64,000 nucleotides of DNA from Ranitomeya imitator (taxonomy: Eukaryota): the NCBI RefSeq assembly GCF_032444005.1, contig NC_091291.1:7998001-8062000 (forward strand). Reading direction: 5' to 3'. The position numbers were made by a program, and so were the translations under genes. Under the pieces are notes generated by a model. The model did no database searches and was not told where the DNA came from. It was given only the letters and a program-made list of their open reading frames with translations. Positions 21,601-33,731 of this stretch are shown piece after piece (the stretch's first letter is position 1; each line of letters begins with the position of its first letter).

Positions 21601-23611
21601 GTGGCCCCTCTGTAGCCCACTCTCTCCCTCCTCAGGGGTCCCGTGTCCTCAGTGGCCCCTCTGTAGGCCGCTCCCTCCCTCCTCAGGGGTCCCGTGTCCT
21701 CAGTGGCCCCTCTGTAGGCCGCTCCCTCCCTCCTCCGGGGCCCCGTGTCATCAGTGGCCCCTCTGTAGCCCACTCTCTCCCTCCTCAGGGGTCCCGTGTC
21801 CTCAGTGGCCCCTCTGTAGGCCGCTCCCTCCCTCCTCAGGGGTCCCGTGTCCTCAGTGGCCCCTCTGTAGCCCACTCTCTCCCTCCTCAGGGGTCCCGTG
21901 CCATCAGTGGCCCCTCTGTAGCCCACTCTCTCCCTCCTCAGGGGTCCCGTGCCATCAGTGGCCCCTCTGTAGCCCACTCTCTCCCTCCTCAGGGGTCCCG
22001 TGTCCTCAGTGGCCCCTCTGTAGGCCGCTCCCTCCCTCCTCAGGGGTCCCGTGTCCTCAGTGGCCCCTCTGTAGCCCACTCTCTCCCTCCTCAGGGGTCC
22101 CGTGCCATCAGTGGCCCCTCTGTAGCCCACTCTCTCCCTCCTCCGGGGCCCCGTGTTCTCAGTGGCCCCTCTGTAGCCCACTCTCTCCCTCCTCAGGGGT
22201 CCCGTGTTCTCAGTGGCCCCTCTGTAGCCCACTCTCTCCCTCCTCAGGGGTCCCGTGTCCTCAGTGGCCCCTCTGTAGGCCGCTCCCTCCCTCCTCCGGG
22301 GCCCCGTGTCATCAGTGGCCCCTCTGTAGGCCGCTCCCTCCCTCCTCCGGGGTCCCGTGTCATCAGTGGCCCCTCTGTAGCCCACTCTCTCCCTCCTCAG
22401 GGGTCCCGTGTCATCAGTGGCCCCTCTGTAGCCCACTCTCTCCCTCCTCTGGGGTCCCGTGTCATCAGTGGCCCCTCTGTAGCCCACTCTCTCCCTCCTC
22501 TGGGGTCCCGTGTCATCAGTGGCCCCTCTGTAGCCCACTCTCTCCCTCCTCAGGGGTCCCGTGTCATCAGTGGCCCCTCTGTAGCCCACTCTCTCCCTCC
22601 TCTGGGGTCCCGTGTCATCAGTGGCCCCTCTGTAGCCCACTCTCTCCCTCCTCAGGGGTCCCGTGTCCTCAGTGGCCCCTCTGTAGCCCACTCTCTCCCT
22701 CCTCAGGGGCCCCGTGTCATCAGTGGCCCCTCTGTAGGCCGCTCCCTCCCTCCTCAGGGGCCCCGTGTCATCAGTGGCCCCTCTGTAGGCCGCTCCCTCC
22801 CTCCTCCGGGGCCCCGTGTCCTCAGTGGCCCCTCTGTAGGCCGCTCCCTCCCTCCTCCGGGGCCCCGTGTCCTCAGTGGCCCCTCTGTAGCCCACTCTCT
22901 CCCTCCTCAGGGGCCCCGTGTCATCAGTGGCCCCTCTGTAGGCCGCTCCCTCCCTCCTCAGGGGTCCCGTGTCCTCAGTGGCCCCTCTGTAGGCCGCTCC
23001 CTCCCTCCTCAGGGGTCCCGTGTCCTCAGTGGCCCCTCTGTAGGCCACTCTCTCCCTCCTCAGGGGTCCCGTGTCCTCAGTGGCCCCTCTGTAGGCCGCT
23101 CTCTCCCTCCTCAGGGGTCCCGTGTCCTCAGTGGCCCCTCTGTAGGCCGCTCCCTCCCTCCTCAGGGGTCCCGTGTCCTCAGTGGCCCCTCTGTAGGCCA
23201 CTCTCTCCCTCCTCAGGGGTCCCGTGTCCTCAGTGGCCCCTCTGTAGGCCGCTCCCTCCCTCCTCAGGGGTCCCGTGTCCTCAGTGGCCCCTCTGTAGCC
23301 CACTCTCTCCCTCCTCAGGGGTCCCGTGTCCTCAGTGGCCCCTCTGTAGCCCACTCTCTCCCTCCTCAGGGGTCCCGTGTCCTCAGTGGCCCCTCTGTAG
23401 GCCGCTCCCTCCCTCCTCCGGGGCCCCGTGTCATCAGTGGCCCCGTGCAGCTCATTCTCGCCCTCCTCCGGGCTCCCGTGCACTAAGTGGCCCCCGTGCA
23501 GCTCACTCTCGCCCCCAGTGGCCCCTCTGCAGCCCACTCTCGCCCTCCTCTGGGGCCCCATGCTTACTTATCCTTCTCAGTCCCGAAAATCGAGGCCAAG
23601 TATTCCGCCAT
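9669..23611 (-). CDS. U2AF1L4: Splicing factor U2AF 26/35-kDa subunit-like, 235 aa
   Basis: Eight exons: 23568-23611, 18324-18411, 15264-15330, 14866-14915, 14271-14369, 10791-10924, 10612-10707, 9669-9798. Translation [33 protein letters not shown]...[15 protein letters not shown]...CCRQYEM...RHGRF. The first six exon sizes (44/88/67/50/99/134) match the U2AF1 family; head-to-head with PSENEN as in human. Confidence 0.93.
11404..13896 (+). CDS. Inward-rectifier K+ channel, Kir3/GIRK-like, nested in U2AF1L4 intron 5
   Basis: Exons 11404-11625 (tentative first coding exon), 11706-12900, 13529-13896. Motifs [28 protein letters not shown] filter, [29 protein letters not shown]|MTCQAKSSY. An intron at ATG|MTCQ is typical of Kir3 genes, whereas Kir2 coding regions are intronless. 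AATAAA at 14061-14066. Confidence 0.9.
13139..13406. mobile_element. T2/Kolobok-type MITE
   Basis: TTAA-AGGGG...CCCCT-TTAA termini. Similar half-ends occur at ~10055, ~15040, ~40470 and ~43140. Confidence 0.6.
14681..14770. mobile_element. Tiny TTAA-flanked MITE (piggyBac-like ends)
   Basis: Perfect 19-bp inverted repeat TTAACACTAGGACTACTGG (14681-14699) / CCAGTAGTCCTAGTGTTAA (14752-14770). Confidence 0.6.
15673..17284 (+). mobile_element. Full-length Tc1 DNA transposon (IR/DR type) in U2AF1L4 intron 2
   Basis: TA target duplication (15671-72, 17285-86). 199-bp TIRs (15673-15871, 17086-17284) with ~3 mismatches, each with inner and outer TCTCAAAAAATTAGCATA direct repeats. Confidence 0.96.
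16002..17006 (+). CDS. Tc1 transposase, 334 aa, DD34E
   Basis: Uninterrupted ORF with an HTH N-terminus, GRKR motif, [16 protein letters not shown] and [11 protein letters not shown]; 34 residues between the second D and E. Confidence 0.95.
   Translation: MGKTSDLTDVKKAIIDTLKQEGKTQKEISQQIGCSQSAVSRHLNGKSVGRKQCGRKRCTTRRGDRTLRKIVEKERFQTLGNLRKQWTESGVETSRATVHRRVQEMGYRCRIPQVKPLLNHKQRQRRLTWATEKQHWTGAKWSQVLFSDESKFCMSFGNQGARVWRKTGEKEMPKCLKSSVKYPQSVMVWGAMSAAGVGPLCFIKGRVNAASYQEILEHFMLPSAEMLYGDEDFIFQHDLAPAHSAKTTGKWFTDHGITVLNWPANSPDLNPIENLWDIVKRKLRDARPNTLDELKAAIEASWASITSQQCHRLIASMPRRIEAVISAKGFPTKY
17600..17906. repeat. GC-rich minisatellite, 37 bp unit, ~8 copies
   Basis: Unit GCCACCGTCACACCGGCGGTCACAYGGCGGCACGCYT. 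Confidence 0.9.
18510..23558. repeat. 51-bp minisatellite (~99 copies) filling U2AF1L4 intron 1
   Basis: Unit CAGTGGCCCCTCTGTAGCCCACTCTCTCCCTCCTCAGGGGTCCCGTGTCCT. It explains the 1397-aa and 1005-aa repetitive ORFs. Confidence 0.95.
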
Positions 23612-24025
23612 CTTCCACGGATTGTCTCCTCCCCCTTCTCACCCACCGACTTCCTGTTTATGGAGACGTCACTTCCGCTTCCGCTTCCCGCCTCTTTCTC
23701 CGCCGCCGTCCGCGGATTCCGCTTAGATACGGAACATTTCACATTTTCCCTCCGCGGACTCCGTGTACCGCTCCCTCGCGCTGCGCTCTGAATATCTTCA
23801 CTCCACTTCATAATATCTGGATAAAACTACAACTCCCGATAGGCTTTGCAGCTGTTTTCCGGTTGCGCATGCGCACTCAATTCTGACGCTTTCCGAGACT
23901 ACATTTCCCGACATTCTCGAGGCCTGGGTCTGGAGAAAGAGGATAATAGGAGGGTGAGCGGAGAGCTATCGTGTAATATCGACGATAATCGCGGGGGGGG
24001 GGGGACTACAGTTCCCAGCATGCCC
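23605..24025. promoter_or_regulatory. Bidirectional housekeeping promoter U2AF1L4/PSENEN
   Basis: YY1 CCGCCATCTT over the U2AF1L4 ATG, tandem ETS ACTTCCGCTTCCG (~23671), ZNF143-type ACTACA.NTCCC (23826, ~23899, 24005) and NRF1 TGCGCATGCGCA (23864-23875). Candidate PSENEN non-coding exon donor near 23952. Confidence 0.75.
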
Positions 24026-24682
24026 CAGCAGACAGTGTCCACATTAGCTGTTGGCACCTTATGGGTCATTGTTGCCGTGGTAACGCTTGTCCCAGGAGCT
24101 GACAGTTCACTGCTGCCTTCTATGGGGCCATGTGCCGGTCTCTCCCTGTTATTGTGTCCACAGCCCTCGTTGTACCGCTGCTTGCTGTCAGTGAGTGGCA
24201 GCCTCCCGGATTGCGCTGGGCCGCGTCTCTCGAGGTGATGTGACCCCCAGGGACACGTTTTGTGCGTCCGTCCGTGGTGACGCTGAGCGCAGGGCACAGA
24301 CGAGCCCATTGTAACTATTCACCGTCCAGGACCCCCGAATCCCCCCATCCTGCGCTCCAGGACCGGCCATCGATGAATGCGGCTCCACTGAGGGACGCGG
24401 GGACTCGCCGGTCCCTACCGCTGCCTCAAACTGCTGTACTCCGGGGTTACAGGGGTTAAAATTGCAAAGTGCTTGGAAAAACTACAAAGTTTCTCCATTC
24501 TCAAGAACAGAAGGAATTTTAATTCTATAATTTACTGCTCGTTGCCCAGGTTACCAGCCACCGCTGCGGTCTATCAAAAGAGGTCGGTTTCCAAGGTAAT
24601 AGGGTAGAGCTTACCAGCTATTTGCTCTAAAGCTTGAAAGTGCTGCTCTGAAGGTCCCCTACCCATCCCGACAGGTTCTGAG

Positions 24683-25620
24683 CCCATGCGCTCCTCCGAT
24701 GCTGCAGAATGTGATCAACAATGTGATCAACAGCTCAACCGTGCTGCCGGCCACAAACCATCAGTCATCAGAGGCACAGTTCTCCTCCAGCAAGCAGGAG
24801 GCAGAGGAGCAGTGCGCTTACAATCTGTTTATTATAGAGTTTACAAACGCTGTTCTGAAGATCCGGCCGGCTTCTGGGCCCCTGCGCTCCTCCGATACTG
24901 CAACAGTGTCAGGACCAGGTTAACCGTGCTGCCGGCCACAAACCATCAGTCATCAGAATCAGAGTTCTCCAGCAAGCAGGAGGCAGAGGAGCAGAGCGCT
25001 TACAAACTGTTTATTATAGAGTTTACAAACGCTGTTCTGAAGATCCAGCCGGCTTCTGGGCCCCTGCGATCCTCCGATACTGCAACAGTGTCCGGACCAG
25101 GTCAACCGTGCTGCCAGCCAAAACCGTCAGTCATCAGAGACACAGTTCTCCAACAAGCAGGAGGCAGAGGAGCAGTGCGCTTACAATGTTTATTATAGAC
25201 TTTATAAACGCTGTTCTGAAGATCCGGACAGCTTCTGGGCCCCTGCGCTCCTCCGATACTGCAACAGTGTCCGGACCCGGTTAACTGTGCTGCCGGCCAC
25301 AAACCATCAGTTATCAAAGGCACAGTTCTCCAGCAAGCAGGAGGCAGAGGAGCAGTGAGCTTACAATGTTTATTATAGACTTTATAAACGCTGTTCTGAA
25401 GATCCGGCCGGTTTCTGGGCCCCTGCGCTCCTCCGATACTGCAACAGTGTCCGGACCAGGTTAACCATGCTGCCGGCCACAAACCGTCAGTCATCAAAGG
25501 CACAGTTCTCCAGCAAGCAGGAGGCAGAGGAGCAGTGCGCTTACAATCTATTATAGAGTTTATAAACGCTGTTCAGGAGATCTGGCCGGCTTCTGGGTCC
25601 CTGCGCTCCTCCGATACTGC
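24683..25620. repeat. ~180-185 bp tandem repeat, ~5 copies, PSENEN 5' intron
   Basis: The motif CCCCTGCGCTCCTCCGATACTGCAACAGTG recurs about every 180 bp. Confidence 0.88.
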
Positions 25621-26567
25621 AGAGGTAAAGCTGCTGTTGCAGGTTCAGAGCGCGCACAGTTCGGACCAATGGTGCAGCCATGCCGACAGCTCGTCAGTGG
25701 ACCACTAGAATTCAGCCCATCGGCGGGCGCCCAGAACACACAGCATTAGATCTCGTTATGATGGATGCATTTTGGCATCCCCTTTACAGCTGTACGGTTT
25801 CTGAGAAGAGGAGAGAGGTTGATATTGTTGACAGTTCCCCTTAAAGGGCTGGGATATCTGCCCGATGCACCTGTCGACGGGCTGCGTCCTGGGGGCCGCT
25901 GGCGGCATTGCTGCACCATTGGCCCGAATTGTGGTCGTCTACTTTCTATTGCATCCTCCAACTTCCTCCAATTCTATCTGATACATTTCGCCAGACTGAT
26001 CTTGACAGTGGAGATGAGTATCGATGACAGAAGGGTTAATCCCGCAGGCGCGCTGTGCCCGAGATTCTCCGACATTGAACCGTATCTTAAACATTGCCAA
26101 ATACGGCCCTGGGAAGAACGGGGGACCGAGCGGCAAATACCTCAGTGCACAGACGCGGCCTCTTCCTCATCCACTCTGCGCTAAATCATTACCGGCCTTT
26201 CATATCTGGGTGGTCTCAGACGCTTTTAACCCCTTGTGTCTCAGGTCCATTATTGCAGGCGACGCTGAGGAATATTCAGATCTATTTCTCGGAGATGAAC
26301 TTCTACCGGCCACCACCCGGCTTCTACAAGCCCAAAGGCACGAGAGACGGCCTTATTATGGCTGGACAGTTCGAGATTTCAGTTTATGAACCAGGTGGCT
26401 CAGGATGAGCAGTTTGTACCGAATCCTGAGGCATCATGGACTTGTGGGAGGCCCAGCAGAAATAGAATACAAATCTGTATAGATATAAGTGCCCATGTTC
26501 TCATCTCTTCCCTTTAGAGGCGACATCGTGACCAAACGTGTGAAGATCCGATCTCTCCGACAGCACA

Positions 26568-28341
26568 ATGAACCTGGAGCGCGTCCCCAACGAGGAGAAG
26601 CTGCAGCTGTGCCGAAAATATTACCTGGGTGAGATCAAAGCTGCACAATACACAAGTCTATACGTTTTCCTGGTGGCCTTTGGTTTACTGTTCAGTCCCC
26701 GGCTGCCGGAGGTTGAGGGTCTAGTCTTCGGCGGCCGGAGGTTGAGCGTCCCGTCCCCTGTGGCCAGAGAGTGAGGGTCCAGTCCCTGGCAGCTGAAGGT
26801 TGAGGGTCTAGTTCCCGGCAGCCGGAGGTTGAGCGTCCAGTCCCAGGTGGCTGGAGGGTGAGCGTCTAGTCCCCAGTGGCCGGAGGTTGACCGTCCAGTC
26901 CCTGGCGGCCAGCAGGTAAGTGTCCTGTAGCTGGAGGTTGAGCGTCAAGTCCCCGGCTGCCGAAGGTTGAGGGTTCAGTCCTGTAGCTGGAGGTTGAGCG
27001 TCCAGTCCCCAGCAGCCTTAGGTTGAGTGTCCAGTAGTTGGAAGTTGAGGGTCCAGTCCCCGGCGGCCAGAGGTTGAGCGTCCAGTAGCCGGCGCCCGGA
27101 GGTTAAGCGTCCAGTCTCCGGCAGCTAGAGGTTGAGAGTCTAGTCCCTGGCGGCCGGAGGTTGAGGGTCCAGTCTCCGGCGGCCAGAGGTTGAGCGTCCA
27201 GTAGCCGGCCGCCGGAAGTTGAGAGTCCAGTCTCCGGTGGCTGGAGGTTGAGAGTCTAGTCTCCGGCGGCCAGAGGTTGAGCGTCCAGTCCCCGGCGGCC
27301 GGAGGTTGAGGGTCCAGTAGCTGGAGGTTGAGCATCCGATGGCCGGAAGTTGAGCGGCCAGAGGTTGAGCGTTCAGTCCCCGGCGGCCGGAGGTTGAGCG
27401 TCCAGAAGCCGGCGGCCGGAAGTTGAGGGTCCAGTCCCCGGTGGCCAGAGGTTGAGGGTCCAGTCTCCGGTGGCTGAGGTTGAGAGTCTAGTCTCCGGCG
27501 GCCGGAAGTTGAGAGTCCAGTCCCCGGTGGCCGGAGGTTAAGCGTCCAGTCACCGGCAGCTGGAGGTTGAGGGTATAGTCCCTGGCGGCCGGAGGTTGAG
27601 GGTCCAGTCTCCGGTGGCTGGAGGTTGAGAGTCTAGTCTCCGGCGGCCAGAGGTTGAGCGTCCAGTCCCTGGCGGCCGGAGGTTGAGCGTCCAGTTCTTG
27701 GTGCTTGGTCCTCTTTGTCCTGGGACCAGGTGTCAGGTGGTCTATTCTCTGCTTTCTCCCCTTGGCACCATCACATGCCTCCAGCGGGGTCCTGGTACTG
27801 ACGGACACTGTTAACCCTTTCACCTTGTCTCTGCAGGGGGCTTTGCTCTGCTGCCGTTCCTGTGGCTCGTTAACGTCACGTGGTTCTTTAAGGAAGCGTT
27901 CTTGAAGCCGGAGTACACGGAGCAGCCGCAGATCCAGAGCTGTGAGTGTCGGGCTGTGACCATAAGGGGGCTGTTTTTTAGTAACTATTTCCTGGGGGTC
28001 CATTATCGCTCCCCCAGATGTTGTCACTTCACTTTTGAATGAGCGGCAAATCCTCTGATGTATCCAGTAATATTAAGGAATTGCGGAATGATTAGGTAGA
28101 TGCACCATCCAGGACCCTGGGGGGCCGGTGTTCACTCCTGCGGGGGGTTTAGTGTTGGCTGTACTGGTGGTCTCCCCGCTTATCCTCTGTTCCCCCTGCA
28201 GATGTGAAGCGCTCGGCCTTTGGCCTCATGGTGTGGGTGGCCATCCTCACCACATGGATCAGCATCTACCAGACACATCGGGCCAGCTGGGGCGCCACCG
28301 GTGACTACCTGTCCTTCACTATACCCCTGGGCATCCCCTGA
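26568..28341 (+). CDS. PSENEN: Gamma-secretase subunit PEN-2, 101 aa
   Basis: Exons 26568-26628, 27837-27941, 28202-28341: [33 protein letters not shown]...[18 protein letters not shown] at 28486-28491. Confidence 0.97.
26700..27700. repeat. Degenerate ~21-29 bp minisatellite inside the first coding intron of PSENEN
   Basis: Recurring GGCCGGAGGTTGAGCGTCCAGTCCCCGGC variants. Confidence 0.85.
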
Positions 28342-28914
28342 CGTCCACACCCGGGACCACCGGAACCACGCGGATCTACTCTCTCCTGCTCCGGACCTCG
28401 CTCTCCACTGCATTAACAGAGACCAATGAAGCAGCTCCGGACCCGGGGCTTGACCTTCCCCGGAGCCAATCTGTTATATTTCTCCAATAAAATGTTCAGT
28501 CCGATGGTCGGTGTTCTTCATAATGTTTGTAGCAGTGAGCGGAGGACGCGGGGGGCTTTATACATTCTGGAAGGGTCTCTACTCGCGCTCCCCCCACAGG
28601 TGCCGCTCTGGAGGCAGCGATCAGCTCAGATCCTATAAATGACCACAGGAGAGGTCACTGCAGATTATCGCTAATCCCCCATATGTCTGTGCCTGTACTG
28701 CCCCCTACAGGCAGAATCGCAGCTCAGGAGAAGGGGCTCATGAAATGTGACTGGCAATGGAAACATCGTCAACGGCTATAAATAATCTGCAGCGTCCTCC
28801 GGGGTCCATGATATCTGATAGGTCACAAAGCGGAAAAGATACACAGATCTCACAGCTGCTCTGAAGGTGACAACACAGACATCTAAACAGCGGAGTCACT
28901 ATATACATCACCTG

Positions 28915-31900
28915 ACATTATACCCCAGAGCTGCACTCACTATTCTGCTGGTGCAGTCACTGTGTACATACATTACATTACTGATCCTGAGTTACCTCCT
29001 GTATTATACCCCAGAGCTGCACTCACTATTCTGCTGGTGCAGTCACTGTGTACATACATTACATTACTGATCCTGAGTTACATCCTGTATTATACTCCAG
29101 AGCTGCACTCACTATTCTGCTGGTGCAGTCACTGTGTACATACATTACATTACTGATCCTGAGTTACATCCTGTATTATACCCCAGAGCTGCACTCACTA
29201 TTCTGCTGGTGCAGTCACTGTGTACATACATTACATTACTGATCCTGAGTTACATCCTGTATTATACCCCAGAGCTGCACTCACTATTCTGCTGGTGCAG
29301 TCACTGTATACATACATTACATTACTGATCCTGAGTTACATCCTGTATTATACCCCAGAGCGGCACTCACTATTCTGCTGGTGCAGTCACTGTGTACATA
29401 CATTACTGATCCTGAGTTACATCCTGTATTATACCCCAGAGCTGCACTCACTATTCTGCTGGTGCAGTCACTGTGTACATACATTACATTACTGATCCTG
29501 AGTTACATCCTGTATTATACCCCAGAGCGGCACTCACTATTCTGCTGGTGCAGTCACTGTGTACATACATTACTGATCCTGAGTTACATCCTGTATTATA
29601 CCCCAGAGCTGCACTCACTATTCTGCTGGTGCAGTCACTGTGTACATACATTACATTACTGATCCTGAGTTACATCCTGTATTATACCCCAGAGCGGCAC
29701 TCACTATTCTGGTGCAGTCACTGTGTACATACATTACTGATCCTGAGTTACATCCTGTATTATACCCCAGAGCTGCACTCACTATTCTGCTGGTGCAGTC
29801 ACTGTGTACATACATTACTGATCCTGTGTTACATCCTGTATTATACCCCAGAGCGGCACTCACTATTCTGCTGGTGCAGTCACTGTGTACATACATTACA
29901 TTACTGATCCTGAGTTACATCCTGTATTATACCCCAGAGCTGCACTCACTATTCTGCTGGTGCAGTCACTGTGTACATACATTACATTACTGATCCTGAG
30001 TTACATCCTGTATTATACACCAGAGCTGCACTCACTATTCTGCTGGTGCAGTCACTGTGTACATACATTACATTACTGATCCTGAGTTACATCCTGTATT
30101 ATACTCTAGAGCTGCACTCACTATTCTGCTGGTGCAGTCGCTGTGTACATACATTACATTACTGATCCTGAGTTACATCCAGTATTATACTCCAGAGCTG
30201 CTCTCACTATTCTGCTGGTGCAGTCACTGTGCACATACATTACTGATCCTGAGTTACATCCTGTATTATCCTCCAGAGCTGCACTCACTATTCTGCTGGT
30301 GCAGTGACTGAGTATATACATTATATTACTGATCCTGAGTTACATCCTGTATTATCCTCCAGAGCTGCACTCCCTATTCTGCTGGTGCAGTCACTGTGTA
30401 CATACATTACATTACTGATCCTGAGTTACATCCTGTATTATACCCCAGAGCGGCACTCACTATTCTGCTGGTGCAGTCACTGTGTACATACATTACATTA
30501 CTGATCCTGTATTATAACCCAGGGCTGCACTCACTATTCTGCTGGTGCAGTCACTGTGCACATACATTACATTGCTGATCCTGAGTTACCTCCTGTATTA
30601 TACCCCAGAGCTGCACTCACTATTCTGCTGGTGCAGTCACTGTGTACATACATTACATTACTGATCCTGAGTTACCTCCTGTATTATACCACAGAGCTGC
30701 ACTCACTATTCTGCTGGTGCAGTCACTGTGTACATACATTACATTACTGATCCTGAGTTACCTCCTGTATTATCCTCCAGAGCTGCACTCACTATTCTGC
30801 TGGTGCAGTCACTGTGCACATACATTACTGATCCTGAGTTACATCCTGTATTATCCTCCAGAGCTGCACTCACTATTCTGCTGGTGCAGTGACTGAGTAT
30901 ATACATTATATTACTGATCCTGAGTTACATCCTGTATTATCCTCCAGAGCTGCACTCACTACTCTGCTGGTGCAGTCACTGTGTACATACATTACATTAC
31001 TGATCCTGAGGTACCTCCTGTATTATAGCCCAGAGCTGCACTCACTATTCTGCTGGTGCAGTCACTGTGTACATACATTACATTACTGATCCTGAGTTAC
31101 ATCCTGTATTATACTCCAGAGCTGCACTCACTATTCTGCTGGTGCAGTCACTGTGTACATACATTACATTACTGATCCTGAGTTACATCCTGTATTATAC
31201 CCCAGAGCTGCACTCACTATTCTGCTGGTGCAGTCACTGTGTACATACATTACATTACTGATCCTGAGTTACATCCTGTATTATACCCCAGAGCTGCACT
31301 CACTATTCTGCTGGTGCAGTCACTGTGTACATACATTACTGATCCTGTGTTACATCCTGTATTATACCCCAGAGCGGCACTCACTATTCTGCTGGTGCAG
31401 TCACTGTGTATATACATTACTGATCCTGTGTTACATCCTGTATTATACCCCAGAGCTGCACTCACTATTCTGCTGGTGCAGTCACTGTGCACATACATTG
31501 CATTACTGATCCTGAGTTACATCCTGTATTATACCCCAGAGCTGCACTCACTATTCTGCTGGTGCAGTCACTGTGTACATACATTACATTGCTGATCCTG
31601 AGTTACCTCCTGTATTATACCCCAGAGCTGCACTCACTATTCTGCTGGTGCAGTCACTGTGCACATACATTACATTGCTGATCCTGAGTTACCTCCTGTA
31701 TTATACCACAGAGCTGCACTCACTATTCTGCTGGTGCAGTCACTGTGCACATACATTACATTGCTGATTCTGAGTTACCTCCTGTATTATACCCCAGAGC
31801 TGCACTCACTATTCTGCTGGTGCAGTCACTGTGTACATACATTACATTACTGATCCTGAGTTACCTCCTGTATTATCCTCCAGAGCTGCACTCACTATTC

Positions 31901-33395
31901 TGCTGGTGCAGTCACTGTGTACATACATTACTGATCCTGAGTTACATCCTGTATTATACTCCAGAGCTGCACTCACTATTCTGCTGGTGCAGTCACTGTG
32001 CACATACATTACTGATCCTGAGTTACATCCTGTATTATCCTCCAGAGCTGCACTCACTACTCTGCTGGTGCAGTCACTGTGTACATACATTACATTACTG
32101 ATCCTGAGTTACCTCCTGTATTATACCCCAGAGCTGCACTCACTATTCTGCTGGTGCAGTCACTGTGTACATACATTACATTACTGATCCTGAGTTACAT
32201 CCTGTATTATACTCCAGAGCTGCACTCACTATTCTGCTGGTGCAGTCACTGTGTACATACATTACATTACTGATCCTGAGTTACCTCCTGTATTATACCC
32301 CAGAGCTGCACTCACTATTCTGCTGGTGCAGTCACTGTGTACATACATTACTGATCCTGAGTTACATCCTGTATTATACTCCAGAGCTGCACTCACTATT
32401 CTGCTGGTGCAGTCACTGTGTACATACATTACTGATCCTGAGTTACATCCTGTATTATACCCCAGAGCTGCACTCACTATTCTGCTGGTGCAGTCACTGT
32501 GTACATACATTACATTACTGATCCTGAGTTACATCCTGTATTATACCCCAGAGCTGCACTCACTATTCTGCTGGTGCAGTCACTGTGTACATACATTACT
32601 GATCCTGAGTTACCTCCTGTATTATACTCCAGAGCTGCACTCACTATTCTGCTGGTGCAGTCACTGTGTACATACATTACTGATCCTGAGTTACCTCCTG
32701 TATTATACCCCAGAGCTGCACTCACTATTCTGCTGGTGCAGTCACTGTGTACATACATTACATTACTGATCCGGAGTTACATCCTGTATTATTCTCCAGA
32801 GCTGCACTCACTATTCTGCTGGTGCAGTCGCTGTGTACATACATTACTGATCCTGAGTTACCTCCTGTATTATACTCCAGAGCTGCACTCACTATTCTGT
32901 TGGTGCAGTCACTGTGCACATACATTACTGATCCTGAGTTACATCCTGTATTATACTCCAGAGCTGCACTCACTATTCTGCTGGTGCAGTCACTGTATAC
33001 ATACATTACTGATCCTGAGTTACATCCTGTATTATCCTCCAGAGCTGTGCTCACTATTCTGCTGGTGCAGTCATTGTGTACATACATTACATTACTGATC
33101 CTGAGTTACCTCCTGTATTATCCTCCAGAGCTGTGCTCACTATTCTGCTGGTGCAGTCACTGTGTACATACATTACTGATCCTGAGTTACATCCTGTATT
33201 ATACCCCAGAGCTGCACTCACTATTCTGCTGGTGCAGTCACTGTGCACATACATTACATTACTGATCCTGAGTTACATCCTGTATTATACTCCAGAGCTG
33301 CACTCACTATTCTGCTGGTGCAGTCACTGTGTACATACATTACATTACTGATCCTGAGTTACCTCCTGTATTATACTCCAGAGCTGCACTCACTA
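28915..33395 (+). repeat. 86/81-bp satellite array between PSENEN and HSPB6
   Basis: Unit CCAGAGCTGCACTCACTATTCTGCTGGTGCAGTCACTGTGTACATACAT(TACAT)TACTGATCCTGAGTTACATCCTGTATTATACC; about 53 copies. Confidence 0.96.
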
Positions 33396-33731
33396 AATCA
33401 GAATTTAAAGGGCCAGTAACACTTTACGGTGGCAGTTATGAGGATATTGGTATGATCGGGTTTTCCGCACTGTGAATAAGCTGATAACAGAGAGTAATAG
33501 ACGATGCAGCAGTCGGGATGGTCTGATCCTCTGCGCTGGGGATGAGTCACTGTTTCTGTGGCTATTTTTGCAGTTGTCGTTCCCGGCTCCTGGATACTTT
33601 CCATGGTCCTGTCGGTGTCAGTGATGCTCCGGATAATTCCAGCACGTTCTTTGTGTCCGCGGGGGGGGGCAGGTATATATATATATATATAGAGCCGCCG
33701 GCGTCTCCGGGGCTCAGTCTGGACCGCACTC

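Noticed and set aside
19598-23791. 1397-aa and 1005-aa ORFs resembling repetitive structural proteins
   Set aside because: They are translations of the 51-bp (3n) minisatellite in U2AF1L4 intron 1; open on both strands, with no unique domain.
25765-26408. Overlapping 100-140 aa ORFs in the PSENEN 5' intron
   Set aside because: No recognisable domain and no consistent splice chain.
28915-33395. CRISPR-like regular repeats, and the many 64-aa ORFs
   Set aside because: Units are contiguous with no unique spacers, the context is eukaryotic, and the ORFs are frame artefacts.
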